Origin: Anaerotignaceae bacterium
GTDB taxonomy: Bacteria > Bacillota > Clostridia > Lachnospirales > Anaerotignaceae
Assembly (NCBI GenBank): GCA_050251415.1
Contig: JBFWMT010000001.1
Coordinates: 15,358-79,357, forward strand
Length of the DNA: 64,000 nt
Reading direction: 5' to 3'
The notes under the pieces were generated by a model, which saw only the letters and a list, made by a program, of their open reading frames with translations, made no database searches and had not been told where the DNA came from. Numbering within the stretch: the first letter of the stretch is position 1; every line of letters begins with the position of its first letter. Of the stretch, positions 26,525 through 34,410 are shown piece by piece. The position numbers and the translations under genes are program-made.

Positions 26525-27877
26525 TTAGATACATTCTCTTATGGCATTTTCTAATATTTCAAAGCCAGCATTTAACTGTTCATCCGTTATTACAAGCGGT
26601 GCAAGGAAACGAATAACATTTCCGCTCATGCCGGCATTCTCTATAATTAACCCATGTTGGGCACAAATTGCCATAAGCCTGTTAACAATTTCGCCATTTG
26701 GCTCTTTTGTTGTTTTGTCTTTTACAAATTCTATGCCAATCATGGCACCTAGTCCACGCACATCTCCAATGACTTCGTATTTGTCTTTCCATACACTAAA
26801 AGCTTCCATACATTTTTTACCTATTTGTGCAGAACGCTCCACAAGATGCTCTCTTTCCATTATCTCTAAAACCTTTAAACCTGCCGCACATGCCAAGGCA
26901 TTGCCACCATAAGTTCCGCCTAGTGTACCAACCGGCACTGCGTCCATAACCTCCGTGCTGGCAATAATTGCACTTAAAGGAATTCCTCCAGCTATAGATT
27001 TTGCGGCAGTAATAATATCTGGAGCACAATCCACCTCTGCCCAATACTGAGTTGCAAAAAATTTGCCTGTACGCCCAAAACCAGACTGAACTTCATCTGC
27101 TACCAAAAGGATTCCATTTTCGTCACAAATTTTCCGAACAGCTTTTACCCATTCAATTGGGGCAGGTATAAACCCGCCTTCTCCCTGTAAAGGTTCTAAT
27201 ACAATAGCCGCAACATATTCAGCGGGAGATGCATTTTCAAATACCATTTTCAAACTCTCTATGTAAAAATCTATGGCTTCCTTCTCGGTCATCCCTGTAG
27301 GTCTGCGGTATAAATAAGGATATTCTGCACGGTAAACGCCATCAGGAAAAGGCCCCATACCAACTGCATAAGCTTTTTTTGCGGTCATTGTCATTGCAAG
27401 CATGGTTCTTCCATGAAAAGCTCCTGAAAATACAATGATATTAGGGCGTTTCGTACAACCTTTTGCAATCTTTACCGCATTCTCATTTGCTTCTGCCCCA
27501 CTGTTGGCGAACATTACTTTTTTTGTGTTCCCTCTTACCGGTGCAATTGCTGCAAGCTTTTCTGCTAAACTGATATACCCTTCATGGGTTACAATATTAA
27601 CCATACCATGGAAGAACTTACTGGCTTGTTCATTCACAGCCGCTACTAATTCTGGGTGTGCATGCCCCACATTAAGAACCCCTACACCTCCTACCCAATC
27701 CAAAAAAATATTTCCATCTACATCTTCTATCATAGCACCTTCAGCACGTTCTATAACGCAAGGATAAATACAACGAATTGCATTTGGAACTACATTTTTT
27801 CTACGTTCAATAATTGCCGCCGCCTTTGGTCCAGGTAATTGTTCTGTAGAAATTTTAGGTAAAGCATATTTTAACAT
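26525..27877 (-). CDS. gabT: 4-aminobutyrate aminotransferase-like class-III aminotransferase
   Basis: 450 aa with GPKAAAIIERR, VGHAHPELVAAV, DEVQSGFGRTG and AKSIAGG (Lys). Confidence 0.7.
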   Translation of the reverse strand: MLKYALPKISTEQLPGPKAAAIIERRKNVVPNAIRCIYPCVIERAEGAMIEDVDGNIFLDWVGGVGVLNVGHAHPELVAAVNEQASKFFHGMVNIVTHEGYISLAEKLAAIAPVRGNTKKVMFANSGAEANENAVKIAKGCTKRPNIIVFSGAFHGRTMLAMTMTAKKAYAVGMGPFPDGVYRAEYPYLYRRPTGMTEKEAIDFYIESLKMVFENASPAEYVAAIVLEPLQGEGGFIPAPIEWVKAVRKICDENGILLVADEVQSGFGRTGKFFATQYWAEVDCAPDIITAAKSIAGGIPLSAIIASTEVMDAVPVGTLGGTYGGNALACAAGLKVLEIMEREHLVERSAQIGKKCMEAFSVWKDKYEVIGDVRGLGAMIGIEFVKDKTTKEPNGEIVNRLMAICAQHGLIIENAGMSGNVIRFLAPLVITDEQLNAGFEILENAIRECI

Positions 27878-27902
27878 AATAATAATCTCCCTTCGTTAAC
27901 TT

Positions 27903-28502
27903 TTAAGAAAATAAAATACGTACAGCTTCACATATTAAATCCACGCTTCCTTCTATACCATAAGCGCTTACATCAAACATAACATGCTTACCCGATCGAT
28001 CTCCACGACTTTTCCCTGTAACATATTCATAATAGTTATGGCGCTGATTGTCAATCCTTTTTATCATTTTTTCTGCATTTTTTTCTGTAAGGTCATAATG
28101 TTTTGCTATATGCTCAATTCTCTTTTCTAGCGGAGCATAGAAAAAAAAGTTAATTACGTTTGGATATTCTCTTAAAATGTAATCCGAGCAACGTCCAAAC
28201 ATGATACAAGATTCTTTTCTTTCTGCAATCTCACGTATCACATCAGCCTGTGCAGCAATGGCTTTTTCGGAATAGAATGAGTTAGACGAACCGTACACAA
28301 ATTCAGAAAATAAACGGTTTTGCTTATTTAATATTTCATCAGATTCTTTAACAATATCTATATTAATACCTGCTTTTGATGCTGTTAAATCCACCAAATC
28401 TTTATCATAAAATGGAACCCCCAACTTGCTGGCAAGGTTACGTCCAATTTCACGTGCGTTACATCCAAACTCTCTACTTATGGTTATAATATATTTTTTC
28501 AT
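27903..28502 (-). CDS. Cytidylate-kinase-like family protein (P-loop-less CMK2 type)
   Basis: N-terminus ITISREFGCNAREIGRNLASKLGVPFYDKDL is typical of Cytidylate_kin2 proteins. Confidence 0.55.
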   Translation of the reverse strand: MKKYIITISREFGCNAREIGRNLASKLGVPFYDKDLVDLTASKAGINIDIVKESDEILNKQNRLFSEFVYGSSNSFYSEKAIAAQADVIREIAERKESCIMFGRCSDYILREYPNVINFFFYAPLEKRIEHIAKHYDLTEKNAEKMIKRIDNQRHNYYEYVTGKSRGDRSGKHVMFDVSAYGIEGSVDLICEAVRILFS

Positions 28503-28545
28503 ATTTAATTCCTCCTAAACTTAAGCTAAAGGAAGACGTTTTTAA

Positions 28546-29271
28546 CTAACGTCTTCCTTTATTTAATTTTCTTTCTAAAAATCGAATTGCAAATGATAAA
28601 GGAATGCAAATAACCAAGTAAACCCCAGCCAATATTGTGTAGGATTCAATAGTTAAAAATGTTTGTGCAGTATATGCCTTTGTCGTCATCAAAAATTCTT
28701 GTGCAGTAATATAAGCCATTAAAGAAGTATCCTTAACCATCATTACTAAATAATTTCCGAATACTGGAACCGAGTTTCTAAATGCCTGGGGTATAACAAT
28801 TCTAAACATTGCCTGATGATTAGAAAATCCTAACGCCAATGCCGCTTCTTTTTGTCCGTTATCTATAGAAATAATAGCAGAACGAATCACTTCTGATATA
28901 TATGTTCCATAGTTAATGGCAAGGCCAATAATACCTGCGGTCATAGAACCCATTGAAACCTTAAAATCTGATATACCAATAATTGCTGCAAAAATTTCTA
29001 TAAACAAAGGCATTACATAATAGATGTATACCATCTGAACCAATAATGGTGTTCCTCTAATAAATTCTTGAAAAATAATAATGACATGATTCAGTGCTTT
29101 CTTTTTTGAGACTCTTCCCAAAGCAAGAATAAAACCAAAAACAATTGCAAATAAAAAACCTACTATAGTTGTAATAACAACAATTTGTAAGGCCTCACCT
29201 AACAATTTTGGAAGCAATTCTACTATAGCTTTAGAAAAATTTAAATTTTCAAGTACTTTCATACCTGCCAC
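28546..29271 (-). CDS. Amino-acid ABC transporter permease
   Basis: HisM/GlnP-like. EAA-type loop (AALALGFSNHQAMFRIVIPQA). Confidence 0.8.
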   Translation of the reverse strand: MAGMKVLENLNFSKAIVELLPKLLGEALQIVVITTIVGFLFAIVFGFILALGRVSKKKALNHVIIIFQEFIRGTPLLVQMVYIYYVMPLFIEIFAAIIGISDFKVSMGSMTAGIIGLAINYGTYISEVIRSAIISIDNGQKEAALALGFSNHQAMFRIVIPQAFRNSVPVFGNYLVMMVKDTSLMAYITAQEFLMTTKAYTAQTFLTIESYTILAGVYLVICIPLSFAIRFLERKLNKGRR

Positions 29272-29281
29272 CTCCTAATTG

Positions 29282-30025
29282 TTATTTATTTAAAACACGT
29301 GCCAAAAATTCTTTAGTTCTATCATTTTTAGGATTCGTAAACATTTCAACAGGAGAGCTGTCTTCTACTACATATCCAGAATCCATAAATATAACTCTGT
29401 CTGCAACATCCTTCGCAAAACCCATTTCATGGGTAACTACCGCCATTGTCATTCCTTCATCTGCCAATTCTCTCATTACATTTAAAACATCCCCTACTAA
29501 TTCAGGGTCAAGGGCAGAGGTAGGTTCATCGAATAACATAATTCTAGGTTCCATTGCAAGTGCACGAGCAATAGCTACACGCTGTCTTTGCCCACCTGAT
29601 AGTGTTTCAGGATAAACTTTTGCTTTGTCTGCAAGGCCAACCTTCTTTAAAAGTTGCATTCCTTTTTCGTGTGCTTCTTCTTTATTCTTTTTTAATATGT
29701 GTATAGGCGCATAAGTTACATTATCAATTACCGTCATAAACGGAAAAAGATTAAAATTCTGAAAACACATACCTACACTTTGCCTATAGGTTCTAACATT
29801 AAATTTATGTTTTAAAATGTTTTCTCCATTATAAATAATTTCTCCGTCTGTTGGCACTTCCAGCAAATTTAAGCATCTAAGTAGTGTACTTTTACCAGAC
29901 CCAGAAGGGCCTATAAGAACAAGAACCTCACCCTCTTCAATGGAAATATTAATATTTTTTAAAACCTCAAGGTCGCCAAATTTCTTTTGTAATTTTTTAA
30001 CTTCTAATAGTGGCATTATAATCAC
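29282..30025 (-). CDS. Amino-acid ABC transporter ATP-binding protein
   Basis: Walker [10 protein letters not shown], signature LSGGQRQR and Walker [11 protein letters not shown]. Confidence 0.9.
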   Translation of the reverse strand: MIIMPLLEVKKLQKKFGDLEVLKNINISIEEGEVLVLIGPSGSGKSTLLRCLNLLEVPTDGEIIYNGENILKHKFNVRTYRQSVGMCFQNFNLFPFMTVIDNVTYAPIHILKKNKEEAHEKGMQLLKKVGLADKAKVYPETLSGGQRQRVAIARALAMEPRIMLFDEPTSALDPELVGDVLNVMRELADEGMTMAVVTHEMGFAKDVADRVIFMDSGYVVEDSSPVEMFTNPKNDRTKEFLARVLNK

Positions 30026-30053
30026 TTCCTTTAATTTTGTAAGCAGTTACCTT

Positions 30054-30250
30054 AAAAATAAATACTGCAGGTATTTATGAAGGAAATGCTGATTTAATGT
30101 ACTCAAAATCAATTTGCAAAAAATTTGTCGTTTCATAGCATTTTATTGCATTAAATGCCCTTTACACTCCATTTTTTGCCGCTAAACCTAAATTTATTTT
30201 TTGATATTTGAATTAATCAGCATTTCCCTAGATCACCTGCAGTATTTTTG
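30054..30250. repeat. ~197-bp intercistronic element with ~37-nt terminal inverted repeats
   Basis: AAATACTGCAGGT..GGAAATGCTGATTTAAT (30059-30097) versus ATTAATCAGCATTTCC..ACCTGCAGTATTT (30213-30246). Lies between the SBP gene and the ATPase gene. Confidence 0.7.
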
Positions 30251-30264
30251 ATGTAATTTGCTAA

Positions 30265-31245
30265 TTACTCAGTCTTTGTGTTAATATCATGGGTACGTTC
30301 CTCATTTGTAATCATATGAAGCTTTGGATCTAATTTGTAATCTTCAAAAACTTTATCAATAAAACCTTCATCTCTAAGTTTAGCCACAACAGCATCTACT
30401 TCTTTCATAAACTCAATATCATCAAAATTAACTGATGGTGCAATTCTTCCAATTGTTGATTCATCATCTGTATAATTTTCTGCCATCTTTAATCCTTTTA
30501 CAGCATCTGGAGTATTTGCAAAAAGATTTTCCAGAACGGTGGAATCAGTTAAAAATCCGTTTATCTTGCCATTTTGTAAAGCAACTATGGATTCTGACTG
30601 GTCTCCAGTTGCACGAGCTTCTTTAATTAACCCCTGTTCCTTCCAGCCTTCTACAGATGTTTGCCAAACAGTACCTGGTGTATAACCAATAACCGTTGAA
30701 CTTGAGTCAAAATCTTCTATGCCATTAATTGATCCCTCAGATGGAACCAAAAGACCACCGCCCTGTGTATACCAAATTTCGCCGAAGTAAATTTTTTCTG
30801 CACGGTCTGCTCTAATATACATACAGTCAGCAATAATATCTATTTTGTCTGAATTCAAATTTAAAATCAGTTCAGAAAAAGGAATAAGCTCCATTTGTGT
30901 CTTTTCAATGCCAAGCCTTTTTGAAACTTCTTTAATAATTTCGGCATCAACGCCTGAAAATTCTCCGGTAGCCTGGTCAATGTAAGCAAAGGGTGCATCC
31001 CCTGATGAACCAACTAATAAAGTACCTTTTTCTCTTAATTCGGTTAGCTTTTCACTTGGAACACCATCTTTAGAAAATGAATTATCATATTGTTTTTCTG
31101 CTGAAGCGGCACTACTTTCTTCTTTGGCTGGAGTTGCAGAAGCTTCCTTTTTTTCTGCACCACATCCACTTAACATTGCAATTGATAGAACTATTGATAT
31201 TCCTAAAGATAACATCCTAACCTTTTTACAATTAAATTTTTTCAT
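30265..31245 (-). CDS. Amino-acid ABC transporter substrate-binding lipoprotein
   Basis: Lipobox MLSGC and a family-3 SBP pattern (GSSGDAPFAYID...). Start trimmed to MKKFNCKK (ATG 31245) with RBS AGGGGG. Confidence 0.75.
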   Translation of the reverse strand: MKKFNCKKVRMLSLGISIVLSIAMLSGCGAEKKEASATPAKEESSAASAEKQYDNSFSKDGVPSEKLTELREKGTLLVGSSGDAPFAYIDQATGEFSGVDAEIIKEVSKRLGIEKTQMELIPFSELILNLNSDKIDIIADCMYIRADRAEKIYFGEIWYTQGGGLLVPSEGSINGIEDFDSSSTVIGYTPGTVWQTSVEGWKEQGLIKEARATGDQSESIVALQNGKINGFLTDSTVLENLFANTPDAVKGLKMAENYTDDESTIGRIAPSVNFDDIEFMKEVDAVVAKLRDEGFIDKVFEDYKLDPKLHMITNEERTHDINTKTE

Positions 31246-31270
31246 ACCATTTCCCCCTTTTTTTGTTAAT

Positions 31271-31305
31271 ACAAAAAGGAGCACAACGTAATAACGTGTG
31301 CCCCT
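31271..31305 (-). terminator. Leader (attenuator-type) intrinsic terminator upstream of the ABC operon
   Basis: Minus-strand RNA AGGGGCACACG-UUAUUA-CGUUGUGCUCCU followed by UUUUUGU, about 25 nt before the RBS. Confidence 0.55.
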
Positions 31306-31416
31306 TTGCATTATTAATTTTTGCTATAATTTTTTAGTAGTAAGCAGAAAGACAAACTAGTGTGCATTCGCATAAGCTACGTCATTTATGCCTTTCTGTT
31401 GTTTACTATGTTAGTG

Positions 31417-31445
31417 ATTCTAGCAGATGTGTTTACATTTAGCAA
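31417..31445 (-). promoter_or_regulatory. Putative sigmaA promoter of the ABC/catabolic operon
   Basis: Minus strand: TTGCTA (31445-31440), 17 nt, TAGAAT (31422-31417). Confidence 0.5.
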
Positions 31446-31501
31446 TAGGCTAAAAAACACATTTCGATGTTCACTTGCACAATTCAAAGATTTTATATGT
31501 T

Positions 31502-32953
31502 TTAAATTTTCCACCGAACCTCTGCTTTGTCGTAACCCACCAGAATTTTTTCGATGACTTCTGCGGCAACTTTTTTCTTTTCCTCAAAAGCAAGAGATTC
31601 AAAATCAAACTGTTTTTGTTGAAAATCCGTTTTATTTTCCCCGATTTCTGCTAAGCACAAATTTTTTTCTTCTTGGAGCTTTTTTATTTTTTCATTCAAA
31701 TATTGTATCGGTATATCATCACTTTGGGTAATTGCTTCAATCAATCTGGAAATTTTCTTTTCAATTTCTAAAACCTTTTCACTTAAATCTAACTCCTTTT
31801 CCTCTGCACTATGCTCGCAAATTTGCATTTTAGGAAACATTCTTTCTATTTCTTTCTTTACTTCTAATTCCAGATATTGGATGGACACCCCAATTTTTTC
31901 ATTGCAAATATGATAGTTCGTTCTTCCGCTGCATATAAGGTATTTTTTCCCTTTAGCAAATACTATTTTTAAACTATAACCACAATTACTGCACTTTAAC
32001 AAACCAGAAAGCCAAGTGTACTTACCCTTTCCCTTATTAGGAACTTGCTTATTTTCATCAAGCTTTTCATTACATCTAAGCCAAAGTTGTGATGATATAA
32101 CCCCTTCATGAAGAGAAATTGCAAAAAATTGTTTATCTTCTTGATGATATTTTTCTCCTCCCCTATCTCGTTTTCCCACAAGCATCCCGCCGTGTATTCC
32201 GTCAAATTCTGTATATGGGCTTTTTATTTTAATTCCTTTTGTGAGTATATATGAGTACAAATCAAAATCACACCGTGCATAAATTGGGTTATGTAATATG
32301 CGAGAAACCGAAACGCTATCCCAAGCTCTTCTTTTACCGCAAGGAATTTTTTCTTCAGTCAGGCATTTTGCTATGTCCCCTAAACTTTTGCCTTCTTCCA
32401 AATATAGTGGATAAATTTTCTTTACTATTTCAACATCTTCATTTGCTTGAAGCGTGGATATCTTTTTACCGTTTAATATATCCTTTTTTATAGAAAATCC
32501 AAAGGGTGCTGGGCCTCCTACCCACGTACCATTTTGCAACCGTGCATAATAGTTATCCTTAATGCGTTCAGCTATTGTTTCCCTTTCTAACTGTGCAAAA
32601 CTCATTACAATGTAAAGCATTGCTCTTCCAATAGGTGTACTGGTGTCAAACTTTTCATTTATGGATACAAATTCTACTCCATACTCTTTTAAAATTTCCC
32701 ATACCGCACCAAAGTCTGCAATGGAACGGCTAAAACGGTCTATGCGGTAAACCACAATTTTTTCTATCTTTCCAGCCCTTACTTGTTCCATCATACGCTG
32801 AAATTCGGGACGCTTAATATTTTTCCCCGAAAAGCCTTTATCAATATAAACATTAACTGTATTATCTGTTTCAGCCTTGCATTTTTCAATTTGTGTTTCT
32901 ATAGAAATGCTGTCCTTTTTATCTACCGACTGTCTGGCATAGATAGCAACCAT
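31502..32953 (-). CDS. Large serine recombinase (SpoIVCA/SprA/phiC31-type)
   Basis: N-terminal resolvase domain with catalytic Ser (AIYARQSVDKKDSISIETQ; VYRIDRFSRS), a recombinase domain, a Zn-ribbon (CSNCGYS...CSGRTNYHIC) and a C-terminal coiled coil. Confidence 0.9.
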   Translation of the reverse strand: MVAIYARQSVDKKDSISIETQIEKCKAETDNTVNVYIDKGFSGKNIKRPEFQRMMEQVRAGKIEKIVVYRIDRFSRSIADFGAVWEILKEYGVEFVSINEKFDTSTPIGRAMLYIVMSFAQLERETIAERIKDNYYARLQNGTWVGGPAPFGFSIKKDILNGKKISTLQANEDVEIVKKIYPLYLEEGKSLGDIAKCLTEEKIPCGKRRAWDSVSVSRILHNPIYARCDFDLYSYILTKGIKIKSPYTEFDGIHGGMLVGKRDRGGEKYHQEDKQFFAISLHEGVISSQLWLRCNEKLDENKQVPNKGKGKYTWLSGLLKCSNCGYSLKIVFAKGKKYLICSGRTNYHICNEKIGVSIQYLELEVKKEIERMFPKMQICEHSAEEKELDLSEKVLEIEKKISRLIEAITQSDDIPIQYLNEKIKKLQEEKNLCLAEIGENKTDFQQKQFDFESLAFEEKKKVAAEVIEKILVGYDKAEVRWKI

Positions 32954-33081
32954 TACCTACACCTCTTGCTTTTATTTCTTTCTACTGCAAGTTTTCTACA
33001 AATTCTATGTAATGTTTCATTAATTACTTTCTCTTCTAATTCCTCATTTTCATAATTTGGTCTTATGTGTTTAATCTTCAT
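32953..33081 (-). CDS. 42-aa ORF translationally coupled to the recombinase (candidate accessory/directionality factor)
   Basis: My own translation: MKIKHIRPNYENEELEEKVINETLHRICRKLAVERNKSKRCR. RBS AAAGGGTG is present. The stop overlaps the recombinase ATG as TAATG. Confidence 0.4.
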   Translation of the reverse strand: MKIKHIRPNYENEELEEKVINETLHRICRKLAVERNKSKRCR

Positions 33082-33178
33082 AAAATCACACCCTTTAACA
33101 TTTTATGAAACAGAAAACTTTATTACCACTTTTTCACCTATTCTTGCATGTATCATCTACTGCAATATTAAAAAGCTA

Positions 33179-33215
33179 GGTTTTACATCATATCCAGCCC
33201 ATCAACGTCCCATTG
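33179..33215. other. Right att junction (element arm + gene arm)
   Basis: GGTTTTACATCATATCCAGCccATCAacgtcccattg. Confidence 0.65.
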
Positions 33216-33746
33216 AACTGTATAGTATCCTACATCCTGGGCAGCTTCAATAACTTTGTTTTCATATTCGCCAAAGGGCGGTCTAAACAACTCCATTTCA
33301 TACCCTGTAAGGGCAAATACCTTTTCATGCGTATCTTTAATTTCCTTTTCTATCTGCTCCTTGCTAAGCTGGCTCATATGAGGGTGTGTAGAAGAGTGGT
33401 TGCCCAAATCATGCCCAGCCATGGCTATTTTCATAACCTCTTCGGGGTAATCATCCACCCAATAACCACACATAAAAAATGTGGTTTTAACTTCATTTTC
33501 TTTAAGAATACGCAATAATTCGTCAGTGTCATCCGCACCCCATGCCGCATCAAAGCTTATTGCCACCTGCTTATTTTCTGTTTCAACGCAGTAGATTGGC
33601 AGCTTCCGCTCCGTTGCCGCAAATACCGAAAACACAGTCTTTGCCGTAGGTTTTACGCATGACATAAGTGCAAAAATGCCAACCACTGCCGCTACAGCAA
33701 TGCATACCTTTCTTTTGTCTTTAAATATATTTTTCAAATTAATCAC
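33203..33746 (-). pseudogene. 5' fragment of the split NodB-family (PdaB-like) polysaccharide deacetylase gene
   Basis: TM/signal anchor, motif 1 SFDAAWG, motif 2 HSSTHPH, motif 3 FRPPFG, then ...QWDVD at the junction. The track ORF runs 2 codons into insert DNA (..GLDMM*). The likely start is TTG 33737 after GAGGTG. Confidence 0.8.
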
Positions 33747-33812
33747 CTCAGCTTATGTATATTCACCCAAGGGTTTTCCTATTTCCCAAAAATCCCTTTA
33801 TTATTATAAAGT

Positions 33813-33841
33813 TTGACTTACCAATTTTTTCCCCTTATAAT
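33813..33841 (+). promoter_or_regulatory. Consensus sigmaA promoter for the 33874 gene
   Basis: TTGACT (33813-33818), 17 nt, TATAAT (33836-33841). Confidence 0.6.
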
Positions 33842-33873
33842 ATTATTAAAAATAGACAAAAGAGAACTTTCAT

Positions 33874-34378
33874 ATGAAAAATTTAAAATTTTTACGTAAA
33901 ATATCGTCTATTGCAATGGTTTTCGTCATTATTTCAGCAACAATAGAACCTGCATTTGGCAACACAATATATAAAAGTGAGACTATACATAACATATCCG
34001 TAATTAAAACAATATTAGCTAATCGTGCTGAAAAACAAAAAGAAATTAACCTTAATGCTCTTTATTTAAAGGCTGTAGAAGACTCAAAAACCATTGAGCC
34101 AGAAGAGATTTTGCCTGTTGTTCCCATTTGCCGATGTTCTTCGACCTGCATATACATACGATATATCGGACGCCAGTATTACAGATGTTTTTTTGACACA
34201 GGCTAATGATGAATACCTCAGCTGGTTTAACAGTAATACACATGGTCCTATGAAGATTCTGCTTTTCCATGGACAAGACTGGGCAGATAACGGTACAGAA
34301 TACGGTATTTCGGAATCTATTATAAAAAAAGGCTCGGATGCAGAGGTGGCATACACCCTTACATCCGAGGAATTTTAA
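33874..34378 (+). pseudogene. Secreted small protein gene with an apparent frameshift near 34120-34135
   Basis: Frame 1 (33874-34206) carries the signal peptide. Frame 2 (34094-34378) carries a well-behaved C-terminal sequence. The frames overlap around gttcccatttgcc. Confidence 0.5.
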
Positions 34379-34410
34379 AATCCATAACAAAATAATATCT
34401 ATAGGGGCTA

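Larger units (their letters stand above)
16452..33202. mobile_element. 16,751-bp intervening/integrative element bounded by serine-recombinase att junctions, interrupting the deacetylase gene
   Basis: Bracketed by abutting halves of one gene. A large serine recombinase is the terminal gene. The junctions share ATCCA-N4-ATCA and reconstruct a 48-bp dyad-symmetric attP. Confidence 0.75.

Noticed and set aside
33082-33107. CATAAAAT resembling a sigmaE/sigmaK -10 box upstream of the small ORF and recombinase.
   Set aside because: A start site about 7 nt downstream would fall inside the RBS (AAAGGGTG), leaving no usable leader. No matching -35 is present. Read-through from the host gene looks more plausible.
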